DNA of 35,484 nt from Dehalococcoidales bacterium (GCA_046498175.1 JAWOBD010000060.1:1-35484), one strand, 5' to 3'. Positions 1 to 9,930 are shown, counted from the stretch's first letter. Translations and numbers: made by a program. Notes: generated from the letters alone by a model not told the origin.

Positions 1-1083
1 TGATGCCCCCATCAGGTATTCGATAACCAGCCCTTCCTCGATATCCTCTACCATTTCCTGAAAGCCTGCTTTGCCGGGAGATATCATAAAAGATGACGGA
101 GCTGGAGTAAGTATGCCGGCACTGTTTCTGCTGCCGTTGCCCGTGCTCTTTTTGCCAGCAAGCCCTGCTGTTTGCAGGTCGTAGATAAAACCGGCAACTT
201 TGCCTTCTTCCACGAGAACGGTATGACGGCTGGGTGTGCCTTCATCATCAGCGGGGCGGCTTTCCGGGCGGTAATCAAGCGTGGGGTCATCGCTCAAGAA
301 AAATTTCCTATCGAAGATCTCCTGACCGGTCTTATCTACCAGTGGTGAAGCCCCTTCAATAATCATTTTACCGTTAAAAGCGGCCATAAGCGGTGGCAAT
401 ATGGCACTTGCTACCCCACTGGGAGTGAAGATTACCGGCATTCTTTTACTGGATAACCTGGCCTGCTTGCGGGCAAGTTCCAGCTGTCTCAATACTGTAT
501 TGGTAACCCCGCTGACATTATTAATAGGGTGGCATGAGCTTTCGTTCTCACCGACGAAAAGCATATCTGTATCACGGGTTAGTTGACCCTCAAGGCCGAG
601 GGCAAACGTACTCTGGCGGTAGCTTATCTCGCCACCTCGTGAATTGCAGATATGCACCGATGAGATACCCCTGTTTACCTCAGCCTGGCAAACTACATCC
701 GGGTTGTAATCCCTTATTGCATTTATTGCCTTCTCGCCAAGCTTGACCATTTCATCTAGAGGCACTGATTCCACATCGCTATCATAGACTTTTATTTCCG
801 GGTATCGCCCTGGTGATGATGGGAATTCAAAACGGGCTTTGATACCGAACTGGGATGTCTCTAACGCGGTGTTGACCAGGTAATCCGTATCCGCTACGCC
901 GGTCGTTGCGGCGTAGCCCATTTTCCCTTCCTTGATGATGCGCAGGGCCGTATAGTTACTCTGCTTGCTCTGGATATGCCTCAGGCGGTTGGATTCAAAT
1001 TGAACCGGAGTTTCATCCAGCGTAGCTGTATATACCTCAGCTTCTTCGGCTATCTGGCTCGCCCTGGTCAGAATATTTCCCAT
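1..1083 (-). CDS. pmbA: PmbA/TldE-family protein (TldD partner); the C-terminal end is cut by the window edge and 361 codons are present
   Basis: The frame is open from 1083 down to base 1. The ORF track missed it because it runs off the window. ATG at 1083-1081 directly abuts the TGA stop of tldD (1086-1084). Hand translation gives MGNILTRASQIAEEAEVYTATLDETPVQFESNRLRHIQSKQSNYTALRIIKEGKMGYAATTG..., a typical PmbA N-terminus. The tldD-pmbA pairing is classical. Confidence 0.8.
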   Translation of the reverse strand, partial: MGNILTRASQIAEEAEVYTATLDETPVQFESNRLRHIQSKQSNYTALRIIKEGKMGYAATTGVADTDYLVNTALETSQFGIKARFEFPSSPGRYPEIKVYDSDVESVPLDEMVKLGEKAINAIRDYNPDVVCQAEVNRGISSVHICNSRGGEISYRQSTFALGLEGQLTRDTDMLFVGENESSCHPINNVSGVTNTVLRQLELARKQARLSSKRMPVIFTPSGVASAILPPLMAAFNGKMIIEGASPLVDKTGQEIFDRKFFLSDDPTLDYRPESRPADDEGTPSRHTVLVEEGKVAGFIYDLQTAGLAGKKSTGNGSRNSAGILTPAPSSFMISPGKAGFQEMVEDIEEGLVIEYLMGAS

Positions 1084-2472
1084 TCACCTGCCTCCTATCA
1101 GGCAGTTGCGTATCCGGATGTGCGGGCTTCCATTGGAGACGGGAAGAGGAACCTGACCCCCTTTACCACAGCCGCCGCCCTGGTTCATTTCCAGGTCATT
1201 ACCAATGCCATCGATATTCCCCAGCGTTTGGAAAACGTTACCCGTAAGCGTAACCGGCCTTATCTGTTCGGCTATTTTGCCGTTACGTATCCGGTATGCC
1301 TCACCGGAAGAGAAGGTAAACATTTCCATACTGGTGGTACCACCGTACCAGTTTTTGGCATATATGCCATCCTCGATATCGCTGACCAGGTCATCGAAAG
1401 TAGCTTCCCCGGGTTCGATATAGGTGTTGGTCATCCTCACTATAGGTGGATAGCGATAGCTGACCGCTCTAGCATTACCGGTGGGCTTTTCCTGCATTAT
1501 GGCGGCTGTTTCCCGGGAATGTAGACGCCCGACCAGTTTGCCTTCGCGGATGAGGTCGGTTTTGGTACTTGTTACCCCTTCATCGTCGTATTGATAGCTA
1601 CCACGAAGACCGGGTATGGTTGCCGTGTCAACGATATTTAGTTCCGGGTTGCCAAATTTCCTGCCCAGCTTCATGATTTGGCGAAGGTGCTCATTTTCGT
1701 AGATGAAATCTGACTCTGAGAGGTGACCGAACGCCTCATGGGTGAATACACCGGCCAGCACTGGGTCCAGTACCACGGTGTATTCACCACCCGTTACCTG
1801 GCTGGCGGACAGTAAATTGACCGTGTTCCTTGCCATCTTTTCGATATCTTGATGAATGCCGGTAACCGTATCGAAATCTCCGCGGCTACCCAGGCTCATT
1901 CCTATTTGCTGTACATCGTTGCCATCAGCTGTTAATGCTGCCACGCGCAGGGTGACGTCCGCTCTTTCCTGCTCGATATGGCTGCCTTCTGAACTGAGGA
2001 AGGCACTCTTTTTGTGACTGTCACCATAGGAAATGACCGAGGTTTGTATTTTGGGGACAGACCAGATGATACCATTGTACTCATCAAGCAATGTTTTTTT
2101 CTTCGTAAGCGGTATCTTGGTCGGGTCTATACTTGAGATTTGACCCGCTTTATCGACGACGGGTTCGACTGGGGCCAGGTTGCTCTTTTTGTTGCCGGCG
2201 AGTCTGGCCTGCTTTATGGCCAGTTTGACTCGGTCCTGTATTTCATCTAGGTTATTGAAGCTTACGAAACCCCAGCCGCCTTTGACCAGAGCCCTTACGT
2301 TCCCCCCTATCGAATTTGTCCTGCCGATGGATTCCAGTTCCCTGCCACGGTAACTGATGTAGGAACCCTGTTTTTCCTCAAGGCGTGCTTCAATATAATC
2401 TGCCTCTTGGTTCTTTATTGCTTCTGCCAGACCCTGGGCAGCCTTTTCAAAGTCAATCAAAGTTATATACAC
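1084..2472 (-). CDS. tldD: TldD-family zinc metalloprotease
   Basis: 462-aa ORF with the HEAFGH (HExxxH) metal-binding motif, a GGGCGKGGQ C-terminal motif and overall TldD length. It is translationally coupled to the downstream pmbA. Confidence 0.93.
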   Translation of the reverse strand: MYITLIDFEKAAQGLAEAIKNQEADYIEARLEEKQGSYISYRGRELESIGRTNSIGGNVRALVKGGWGFVSFNNLDEIQDRVKLAIKQARLAGNKKSNLAPVEPVVDKAGQISSIDPTKIPLTKKKTLLDEYNGIIWSVPKIQTSVISYGDSHKKSAFLSSEGSHIEQERADVTLRVAALTADGNDVQQIGMSLGSRGDFDTVTGIHQDIEKMARNTVNLLSASQVTGGEYTVVLDPVLAGVFTHEAFGHLSESDFIYENEHLRQIMKLGRKFGNPELNIVDTATIPGLRGSYQYDDEGVTSTKTDLIREGKLVGRLHSRETAAIMQEKPTGNARAVSYRYPPIVRMTNTYIEPGEATFDDLVSDIEDGIYAKNWYGGTTSMEMFTFSSGEAYRIRNGKIAEQIRPVTLTGNVFQTLGNIDGIGNDLEMNQGGGCGKGGQVPLPVSNGSPHIRIRNCLIGGR

Positions 2473-2557
2473 CGCCGCGTTATTTATGGGCTAAGGCTAG
2501 TTTAATTGTATACCAAACTTGTTGTCAATTTGGCCGAGGCGTTATCTCCATTTGTTA

Positions 2558-2566
2558 TGGTAACAT
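2558..2566 (+). promoter_or_regulatory. Candidate extended -10 promoter element (TGgTAACAT) for birA
   Basis: A TGn + TAACAT element lies 41 nt upstream of the birA ATG, inside the divergent tldD/birA spacer. No clear -35. Confidence 0.3.
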
Positions 2567-2606
2567 TGATTAGAGGGTCGGCGAAAATATTGCCGGGGTA
2601 AGATGG

Positions 2607-3383
2607 ATGAAGGATGATTTGTCGGCTGATTCGATTACCAATAATCTGGCCACAGTTTTTATTGGCCGGAGAGTAGTTTACCACTCAAGCGTGGATTCTA
2701 CCAATAACGTGGCTAAACAGGAGGCGCTGGGAGGTAGCAGCGAAGGCATGGCCGTTATTGCCGGGAGGCAACTGTCAGGTAGGGGGCGCCTCGGTCGTAG
2801 TTGGCTGTCGCCGGAAGGAAGTATTTCCCTCTCCATTATTCTCTATCCGCCTCTGTACTATCTTCATACCCTGATAATGCTTAGTTCACTGGCGTTGGTG
2901 AACAGTATTGGTACGGTTACCGGGCTCAGGGCGGAGATAAAGTGGCCCAACGATATTATGGTCAGGGGTGGGAAGGTATCCGGTATCCTTATCGAAAGCA
3001 GTGTTTCTGCCGGGGTGGTGGACTATGCAGTTATCGGTATCGGCGTAAATGTTAACCTGCAGTTGAGAAACTTTCCGGAAATAGCCGCTTTTGCTACCAG
3101 CCTTTCTGATGAGCTCGGTCGGGAAATCCCGGTGTTGTTCCTCATTAGAAGCATACTTGCCGAAATGGAGAACCAGTATCTTAACGTATTGGGTGGGGGT
3201 GATATATATCCCGAGTGGCGTAGCAGGCTTCTAAATATGGGGAAACGGGTATCCGTACAATCGGGTGATTTCCTGATTGAGGGAATAGCTGAATCGGTGG
3301 CCAGAGACGGTAGCCTGCTCATTCGCAGGAATGATGGCATACTGGAGAGAGTTATTGCCGGTGATGTCAAACTGTTTCAATAG
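2607..3383 (+). CDS. birA: Biotin--[acetyl-CoA-carboxylase] ligase, class I (no N-terminal HTH)
   Basis: 258 aa with the GRGRLGRSW biotin-binding loop and the KWPNDI motif. The SD-like GGGGTAAG sits 6 nt upstream of the ATG. Confidence 0.92.
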   Translation: MKDDLSADSITNNLATVFIGRRVVYHSSVDSTNNVAKQEALGGSSEGMAVIAGRQLSGRGRLGRSWLSPEGSISLSIILYPPLYYLHTLIMLSSLALVNSIGTVTGLRAEIKWPNDIMVRGGKVSGILIESSVSAGVVDYAVIGIGVNVNLQLRNFPEIAAFATSLSDELGREIPVLFLIRSILAEMENQYLNVLGGGDIYPEWRSRLLNMGKRVSVQSGDFLIEGIAESVARDGSLLIRRNDGILERVIAGDVKLFQ

Positions 3384-3387
3384 GAAC

Positions 3388-3431
3388 TTACAGTTCCCCT
3401 CATCCTACATGGAGAAAAAGGGGAACTGTAA
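3388..3431. terminator. Perfect 13-bp stem hairpin between convergent birA and the SPFH gene (probable bidirectional terminator)
   Basis: TTACAGTTCCCCT (3388-3400) is the exact reverse complement of AGGGGAACTGTAA (3419-3431), with an 18-nt loop. It lies between two convergent stop codons. The flanks are A/T-rich but there is no long U-tract. Confidence 0.6.
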
Positions 3432-3460
3432 TAATTGAAAACTATCTGCCCTCTTATACG

Positions 3461-4249
3461 CTATTTGGTATCTTTTTCTCCCGTGCCCAGGGTTTTCGAA
3501 ATGCCCTGGAAGGCCTTGAAGAGCTCTATGGGCAGGGGGAAGATGATGGTGCTGTTCTTTTCTGCCGCTATGCCATTCAACGTTTCCAGATAGCGGAGTT
3601 GCAGGGTGGTTGGCTCCCTGGCGATAATACTTCCTGCTTGGGCCAGCTTTTCTGATGCCTGCAATTCACCGTCGGCGTGTATAATTTTGGCACGCCTTTC
3701 TCTTTCGGCCTCAGCCTGGGCTGCCATGGAGCGCTTCATTGTTTCGGCAAGCTCAACCTCTTTGATTTCAACAGTGGTTACCTTGATCCCCCAGGGGTCG
3801 GTCTGTTCATCTATCGTCTTTTGCAGGATCTGGTTCAGTTTGTCGCGCTGGGACAGCAGTTCGTCCAGTTCGGATTGGCCGAGTACACTACGCAGTGTAG
3901 TCTGGGAAATCTGGGAAGTTGCCCTGATGAAATCCAGCACCTTGATTACCGAGGATTCTGGGTCAATGACTCGGAAGTAGATTACGGCGTTTACCTTAAC
4001 CGTAACATTGTCCTTGGTAATTACTTCCTGATACGGGACATCCATTGTAATGACGCGCAGGTCTACCTTTACCATTCGGTCAACAAAAGGAATAATTACA
4101 AAAATACCTGGACCCTTGGTGCCGGTAAGTCTCCCCAGGCGAAATATAACGCCCCGCTCGTATTCCCGGAGAATCTTGATTGCCGCTGGAAGAAATATGG
4201 CACAGAGAATAGCGGCTACTACGATTATAGCGATTTGGGTACCACTCAT
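3461..4249 (-). CDS. SPFH/band-7 (stomatin-like) membrane protein
   Basis: 262 aa with an N-terminal TM helix followed by the SPFH core ([13 protein letters not shown]..., coiled-coil [17 protein letters not shown]). It sits immediately downstream of nfeD, which is the conserved pairing. Confidence 0.9.
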   Translation of the reverse strand: MSGTQIAIIVVAAILCAIFLPAAIKILREYERGVIFRLGRLTGTKGPGIFVIIPFVDRMVKVDLRVITMDVPYQEVITKDNVTVKVNAVIYFRVIDPESSVIKVLDFIRATSQISQTTLRSVLGQSELDELLSQRDKLNQILQKTIDEQTDPWGIKVTTVEIKEVELAETMKRSMAAQAEAERERRAKIIHADGELQASEKLAQAGSIIAREPTTLQLRYLETLNGIAAEKNSTIIFPLPIELFKAFQGISKTLGTGEKDTK

Positions 4250-4276
4250 TAATTGACCTCCTAAATTAATATTTCC

Positions 4277-5605
4277 TTACTTCTTGCTTACGTGGAGAAT
4301 CAGTCCCTCAGACTTGGTAATTATCACCTCCTCCCCAGGTTTTGCCTGGCCTTGGTCAAGAATAGCTGTCCATAGCTCACCCTTGTAGTAGATAATACCT
4401 TTTGGTTTGAGCATTTCCCTGACCGTGGCAGATTTACCTACCAGGTCCTCTTTACCGGTTGCAGCCTGCCGACGGTGGCTGCGGACCACCCGGTAAACAA
4501 TAAATCCCGTAATGCTGCCGATAATGGCTGCTATGGTTGGTATTAACCATGGGTCCGGTTGAAACAATGTTGGCCTCCCGCTGAATAAGACTAGGAGGCC
4601 AATAACCAGTGAAGCTATGCCTCCCGCTGTAAATGCACCGAAGCTGGCGGTAAATATTTCGGCGACGAACAGGCCGCCGGCCAGGACGAGCAGGGCTATC
4701 CCTGCGTAATTAATCGGCAGAAAACCGAGCGAATAGGCGGCCATAAAGGCACAAATACCGCCAAATACACCGGGGAATATCAGACCCGGATTGTATATTT
4801 CTACCGTTATACCCAGTATGGCCAGGCTGAGCAGAACAACTGCAATGTTGGGGTCACTGATGGCGAGCATGAAGCTTTCTATATTGCTCATCGGGTTATA
4901 GTTGATTCTGGCATCATCAGTTTGCAGGGTAACCGTGCTGTCGTCAAGCATTACTATCTGCCTTCCGTTGAGCTGAGTTAATAGGTTATCCATATCGTTG
5001 GCAACGAGGTCGATTACGTCCAGTTCAAGTGCCTCGGTCTCGGAGGCGGAAATACTCTCCCGGACAGCTTTCTCCGCCCATTCCATATTGCGTCCATGCC
5101 CTTCGGCAATGCTTCTGATATAGGCGGCGGAATCGTTGATTACCTTGTCGGCCATCTCTTCGGACATCTGAGCTTCACCGTCACTGCCGATAGCTACTGG
5201 ATGGGCGGCACCGATGGCGGTATTTGGCGCCATTGCCGCCACGTGACCGGCCATAGTGATAAACACCCCGGCGGAGGCTGCTCTTGCCCCCGATGGTGAA
5301 ACGTACACCACTACCGGAATCTCGGAGCTGACAATCTCCTGGACAATATCTCGCATTGCTGTATCCAGGCCGCCCGGTGTGTCCAGCTCGATAATACAGG
5401 CCTCGGCTCCGCTTTGCTCGGCCTCTTCAATGCCACGGCTAATGTAGTTGGCAGTAACCGGTGTTATCGTGCCATCTATATGGAGTACATCAATACGGTT
5501 GTCGGCTGACTGAGCCGCCCCTTCCGTGCTGGTTGTAGCAGCAACAGCGAGAACCGTCAAAACGCCTGCTAACAGGCCTATTCGGACATATTTTGGCAAT
5601 AACAA
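4277..5605 (-). CDS. nfeD: NfeD-family membrane-bound ClpP-class serine protease (long form)
   Basis: 442 aa containing a signal/TM segment, a ClpP-like domain (IELDTPGGL, GARAASAGVFI), a multi-TM block and a C-terminal OB-fold tail (GELWTA...). It forms an operon with the SPFH gene. Confidence 0.88.
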   Translation of the reverse strand: MLLPKYVRIGLLAGVLTVLAVAATTSTEGAAQSADNRIDVLHIDGTITPVTANYISRGIEEAEQSGAEACIIELDTPGGLDTAMRDIVQEIVSSEIPVVVYVSPSGARAASAGVFITMAGHVAAMAPNTAIGAAHPVAIGSDGEAQMSEEMADKVINDSAAYIRSIAEGHGRNMEWAEKAVRESISASETEALELDVIDLVANDMDNLLTQLNGRQIVMLDDSTVTLQTDDARINYNPMSNIESFMLAISDPNIAVVLLSLAILGITVEIYNPGLIFPGVFGGICAFMAAYSLGFLPINYAGIALLVLAGGLFVAEIFTASFGAFTAGGIASLVIGLLVLFSGRPTLFQPDPWLIPTIAAIIGSITGFIVYRVVRSHRRQAATGKEDLVGKSATVREMLKPKGIIYYKGELWTAILDQGQAKPGEEVIITKSEGLILHVSKK

Positions 5606-5690
5606 ACCACCCGAGATTATTCTTCCAAGTTAGTAAATTATATCTTTATTGTATAGCAATGTAAACATATGGATAAAAATGTCTTCAGGT

Positions 5691-5720
5691 TTGAACCGGT
5701 GGATATATTTGGTATAGAAT
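5691..5720 (+). promoter_or_regulatory. Candidate sigma70-type promoter of the his cluster
   Basis: TTGAAC (5691-5696), a 16-nt spacer, then TATAGA (5713-5718) preceded by TGg (extended -10). An overlapping TAGAAT lies at 5715-5720. The element is ~30 nt upstream of the hisZ ATG. Confidence 0.5.
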
Positions 5721-5747
5721 CTACATATTGTCTTGGTAAGGGGAGCT

Positions 5748-7007
5748 ATGAGGGTACAGAGGTGCAAGGGTAGCCGTGATTTAACTCCGGAGCGGATGCT
5801 TTATTTTCGTTTTGTTGAGAAAGCCTTCCGGAAGTGTTGTTTGAAATGGGGCTACGAGGAAGTAAAGACACCGGTTCTTGAGTATCTGCATCTTTTTACC
5901 TCGGTGGGTACATTAACGCCTGACATGCTGGGCAGGGTCTATTCCTTCCTGGACTGGGATGGGTGGAGCGGACAGAGGCTGGTGTTGAGACCCGATGGCA
6001 CTATCCCTGTGGCCAGAATGTATATCGATAGCATGGGAGACAGGAAGCCAGCCAGGCTCTTTTATACCAGCAATATCTTCAGGTTCGAGGAAACGGGGCA
6101 GGAATCAAGGGAGAGGTGGCAGGGTGGTGTGGAGCTGGTAGGTGCTGGCTCCAATCTTGCCGATGTAGAGTTGATCGCTATGTCGCTGGATGCCCTGGGG
6201 GGGATGGGGATTAATAATGTGGAACTCAAACTATCCCATGCTGGCCTTTTGAAAGGTATGCTTTCTGCTCTGGGATTGAGCGAAAAGGAACGGGTGGAGG
6301 TATTCGACCGGTTTCTGGATGGGGATAAAGAAGCCCTGAGCAGAATAGATTCAGGCGGTTCCGAAATAAACCGTACCATCTTATCGGTACTTGGTCTGGA
6401 GGGCAAGGCGCCCGGATTTCTAAGAAATTTGAGGGCGCTGTTCAGCGATGCGGCACCTTCATTGCTACCCCTTGTAGATGATTTCATGGCTACTGTTGAA
6501 CTTCTCGATGCCCTGGGCAGAGAGTACACAATTGATCTCACCTCGGGAAGGGGTTTTGAATACTATACTGGCATGGTTTTCCAGCTATATAAAGGTAATG
6601 TCAAGGTGGGTGGTGGCGGGAGATATGATGATCTTATTCCCATGATGGGTGGTGGCGATACTCCGGCTTCGGGCTTTGCCCTCTACTTTGACTGCCTGAT
6701 GGAAATGGTAGAAAATCCCGGTTGGAATGAAGCCATGCAAAAACGGATTCTGGTTAAAACCGGGCTGGATTCAATATCGGCTGGGTTCGATATCAGTGAT
6801 CGCCTGCGTAGCGGAGGATATACTGCGGAATTGATGCTTGAAAATCAGGATTTGACCCATATCAGGTGGTTGCTTGAAGTTCGGAGCAGTTCCCCATTAT
6901 ATATTTTACGGGACAGGGTTGAGAAAAGGGATTACGAGATTGAGAGTGCTGGTGAGGTCATAGAGTTACTGGGTGAGGTCAATGCCGATAAAGATAGCCC
7001 TTCCTAA
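5748..7007 (+). CDS. hisZ: ATP phosphoribosyltransferase regulatory subunit (HisRS-like, no anticodon-binding domain)
   Basis: The fold is histidyl-tRNA-synthetase-like (GSRDLTPE, RYDDLI motifs). The gene lies directly upstream of hisG and overlaps it. I prefer ATG 5748, preceded by AAGGGGAG, over the TTG at 5733 used in the ORF track. Confidence 0.88.
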   Translation: MRVQRCKGSRDLTPERMLYFRFVEKAFRKCCLKWGYEEVKTPVLEYLHLFTSVGTLTPDMLGRVYSFLDWDGWSGQRLVLRPDGTIPVARMYIDSMGDRKPARLFYTSNIFRFEETGQESRERWQGGVELVGAGSNLADVELIAMSLDALGGMGINNVELKLSHAGLLKGMLSALGLSEKERVEVFDRFLDGDKEALSRIDSGGSEINRTILSVLGLEGKAPGFLRNLRALFSDAAPSLLPLVDDFMATVELLDALGREYTIDLTSGRGFEYYTGMVFQLYKGNVKVGGGGRYDDLIPMMGGGDTPASGFALYFDCLMEMVENPGWNEAMQKRILVKTGLDSISAGFDISDRLRSGGYTAELMLENQDLTHIRWLLEVRSSSPLYILRDRVEKRDYEIESAGEVIELLGEVNADKDSPS

Positions 7008-8409
7008 AGGTCGTCTTCTTGACGAAACGGCTCAGCTACTTCAGTCTGCTGGCTGGGGTTTGAATGGCTACCATAAAGATACCCGGCTCTATCGTTTTGA
7101 TTCTGATAAGTTCCCCTGCCTTTTTGCCAAGGTGTTTAATGAGAAGGACATACCGGTACAGGTTGCCATTGGCAATTATGATCTCGGTATATGTGGACTG
7201 GACTGGGTTGAGGAGCTTCTCACCAGGTATCCCAGTAGTGCTCTGGTCAGGGTGATTAACCTGGGTTATGGAAGCGGGACTTTGTACCTTGTAGCCGGTA
7301 GCTCGAGCGGGTTGTCTTCTGTAGATGAGGCAGTATCGAAGATGCACACCCTGCGTATTGCCAGCGAGTATCCCAATCTGGCCGAAGCTCTGGCGCTTGA
7401 CCTGCGTATAAGGCGATTCAACGTTTATCCGCTGTGGGGTGCTGCTGTGGCCTATCCTCCGGAGACCGCTGATCTGGCCCTGGTACCGGGGGAGAGAGAG
7501 GGCGATTTTTATGGTCAGTGTCTTGAGCCAATGTACAGGGTCTTATCCTACAGTGCTTTTGTTGTCGCCAATAAATATAGCCTGGAGAAAAAGGATATGA
7601 GCGATTTGCTGGTATCCCTTTCTGACAGGGGTTGTTCCGGGTCCGTTGATGGATATAAGACCGTTTTGTATGATAAAGGGGCTTTGACACCATCAAACGG
7701 GGTTCACCCGGACGAGCGTGCCAAAGAAACGATAAGGCTTGCTCTGCCGGATGGGCATCAGCAAAAACCCACTCTTGATATTTTGCATAGAGCCGGTATC
7801 CGGATTGATGACTACCCCTCTCCAACCGGCAATCGAAGGCCGTATATATATATCGATGGAGTTGAGGTCAAGGTTATCCGGCCACAGGATATGCCGCTTC
7901 AGGTGGCCAACGGCAATTTCGACCTTGCTATTACCGGAAGGGATTGGGTACGGGAGCACCTGTATCAGTTTCCTTCAAGTCCGGTACAGGAAATCGTGGG
8001 TCTTGGTTATGGCTGGGTCAGGATAGTGGCGGTTGTCGTTAATGATATGCCAGTATCGGATATCGATGGCTTGCGCAAGCTTGCCCTAGAAGAGTCCAGG
8101 GATTTAAGAATAGCTTCGGAATATACCAATATTGCCGATAAATATGCCCGGGATAACCACCTGGGCAATTACCGGATTATTCCCACCTGGGGTGCTACCG
8201 AGGCATTTCTGCCTGAGGATGCCGACTTATTGATCGAAAATACCCAGACAGGTCGTACGCTGGCCAAAAACAATCTCAAGATAATTGATACCTTCTTCGA
8301 GTCAACGGCCTGTCTGATAGGGAATTCGAGGGCTACCGCAGGTAAGGGAAAAAGGGAAAATATGGAAGCGATTATCGAAGCTATGAAGCTGGCTGTGGAG
8401 GATATCTGA
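6973..8409 (+). CDS. hisG: ATP phosphoribosyltransferase, an unusual 478-aa tandem fusion of two HisG short-form modules
   Basis: The N-terminus PIKIALPKGRLLDET is canonical HisG. A second module starts near residue 253 (TIRLALPDGHQQ...). The PRPP loop ENTQTGRTLAKNNL is present only in the second module. The start could be GTG 6973 or ATG 6982. Confidence 0.85.
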   Translation: MRSMPIKIALPKGRLLDETAQLLQSAGWGLNGYHKDTRLYRFDSDKFPCLFAKVFNEKDIPVQVAIGNYDLGICGLDWVEELLTRYPSSALVRVINLGYGSGTLYLVAGSSSGLSSVDEAVSKMHTLRIASEYPNLAEALALDLRIRRFNVYPLWGAAVAYPPETADLALVPGEREGDFYGQCLEPMYRVLSYSAFVVANKYSLEKKDMSDLLVSLSDRGCSGSVDGYKTVLYDKGALTPSNGVHPDERAKETIRLALPDGHQQKPTLDILHRAGIRIDDYPSPTGNRRPYIYIDGVEVKVIRPQDMPLQVANGNFDLAITGRDWVREHLYQFPSSPVQEIVGLGYGWVRIVAVVVNDMPVSDIDGLRKLALEESRDLRIASEYTNIADKYARDNHLGNYRIIPTWGATEAFLPEDADLLIENTQTGRTLAKNNLKIIDTFFESTACLIGNSRATAGKGKRENMEAIIEAMKLAVEDI

Positions 8410-8410
8410 A

Positions 8411-9745
8411 TTGGAAAGGATCAGCGGAATTGACCGGGCAAGAGAGTTATTATCGCGCCGTGTTCCGGATGATTATAGCCGGGTTTCGCCGGTGCTTGCC
8501 AGCAAGCTTAAGGATATGTTCGGAACCGGTGATCCAGAGCATGCGGTAAGGCATATAATGGAAGAGGTTCGTAGAGATGGGGATGAGGCTCTCTACAGAT
8601 TAACCTCGAAGATTGATGGTATTGATCTTCAATGCCTGGAAGTGGACAGGAAACAGATAGCTGCTGCCTATAAAAGTATTGATGGAAATCTGCTATCTGC
8701 GCTCAAGCTGGCTGCCCGGCGTATAAGCGCCTTTCACGAGGTTCAACTAGGCGGCGTGGGTAAAGGATTTGAGCATCAGGGTCTGGGGCAGGTAGTCAGA
8801 ACGCTGCAGCGGGTTGGTCTCTATGCACCCGGCGGTACCGCGGCATACCCGTCAACCGTGCTGATGACTGCTATACCGGCCCGTGTGGCTGGCGTTAAGG
8901 AAACCATACTGGCCACGGCACCGAAAAAGGGCGGTGGTGTTCCGCCTGCTACGCTGGTCGCTGCCGATCTCGCCGGTGTGGACCGTATATTCAGCATTGG
9001 GGGTGCCCAGGCGATTGCAGCTATGGCCTTTGGTACAGAATCTATCCCCAAGGTAGATAAAATCTGCGGCCCAGGCAACATTTTTGTCGTTCTGGCCAAA
9101 AAGATGGTCTTTGGTGTGGTCGACATCGACGGATTGCAGGGTCCCAGTGAAGTAATAATAATCGCTGATATTGGTGCTGACCCAGTTTACTGCGCTGCTG
9201 ACCTCCTTGCTCAGGCGGAGCATGATACACGGGCATCCGCAATACTGATAACCACATCTGAGGAGATGGCTGATAATATTGAGCGCGAAGTTGAAAAGCA
9301 GCTTGCTTCACTGTCACGAAAGGATATCGCCGCCGAATCTCTAGCAAATTGCGGAAAGGTGGTGATAGTCGGTGATATTGGTGAGGCGATTGAAATGGCC
9401 AACCTTTATGCCCCGGAGCACCTTATCCTGGCGGGCGATAAAGCATCCGAATATGTGAAGAAGGTTGATAACGCCGGCTGTATTTTTTTGGGCAACAGAT
9501 CCACGGTGGTGCTTGGTGACTATGTTGCCGGACCAAGCCATGTATTGCCCACGGGAGGAACGGCGCGGTTCAGCTCACCACTAAATGTGACCGACTTTAT
9601 CAAATTTATTAATCTGGTCAATCTTGATGACGAAGAGGTAAAAAGAATCGGTCCGGCTGCATCCGTTATCGCTCGGGCCGAGGGGCTTGAGGCTCATGCC
9701 CGGGCTATGGAAAAGCGGCTGGGAAATCAGTCCGGTTCCTTTTGA
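8411..9745 (+). CDS. hisD: Histidinol dehydrogenase
   Basis: 444 aa with the QAEHD motif and [12 protein letters not shown] start lies 1 nt after the hisG stop, with GGAGG 10 nt upstream. Confidence 0.93.
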   Translation: MERISGIDRARELLSRRVPDDYSRVSPVLASKLKDMFGTGDPEHAVRHIMEEVRRDGDEALYRLTSKIDGIDLQCLEVDRKQIAAAYKSIDGNLLSALKLAARRISAFHEVQLGGVGKGFEHQGLGQVVRTLQRVGLYAPGGTAAYPSTVLMTAIPARVAGVKETILATAPKKGGGVPPATLVAADLAGVDRIFSIGGAQAIAAMAFGTESIPKVDKICGPGNIFVVLAKKMVFGVVDIDGLQGPSEVIIIADIGADPVYCAADLLAQAEHDTRASAILITTSEEMADNIEREVEKQLASLSRKDIAAESLANCGKVVIVGDIGEAIEMANLYAPEHLILAGDKASEYVKKVDNAGCIFLGNRSTVVLGDYVAGPSHVLPTGGTARFSSPLNVTDFIKFINLVNLDDEEVKRIGPAASVIARAEGLEAHARAMEKRLGNQSGSF

Positions 9746-9839
9746 TCCTGTATCCTTGTCCTGCTAGGCCGAATAGCCAGCGGTATTTCTTACCCGGGTC
9801 TGAACTCTTAACCGATGGGTTGCTTGCGTCCATACTAAG

Positions 9840-9848
9840 TGATATAAT
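9840..9848 (+). promoter_or_regulatory. Candidate extended -10 promoter (TGaTATAAT) upstream of the AOR gene
   Basis: A perfect TGnTATAAT lies at 9840-9848 in the AT-rich spacer, 167 nt upstream of the AOR ATG. Confidence 0.45.
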
Positions 9849-9930
9849 TTAGCGTTGGGTATACTAGAATATCCATAATTGTATTCGTGTTTTTTATGGT
9901 TGAAATTGTAAATTCTTTGTGCTTATCGAT

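Noticed and set aside
976-1524. A 182-aa + strand ORF, and other + strand ORFs (401-746, 1205-1423), opposite pmbA/tldD.
   Set aside because: They overlap strongly supported minus-strand genes (TldD HEAFGH motif, PmbA N-terminus), have no family resemblance and have no translation signals.
8821-9347. Three overlapping antisense ORFs (101-123 aa) inside hisD.
   Set aside because: They lie in a locally GC-rich stretch of a well-supported gene (QAEHD and the other hisD motifs). Low stop frequency is expected by chance, and the translations are Arg/Pro/Ser-rich nonsense.
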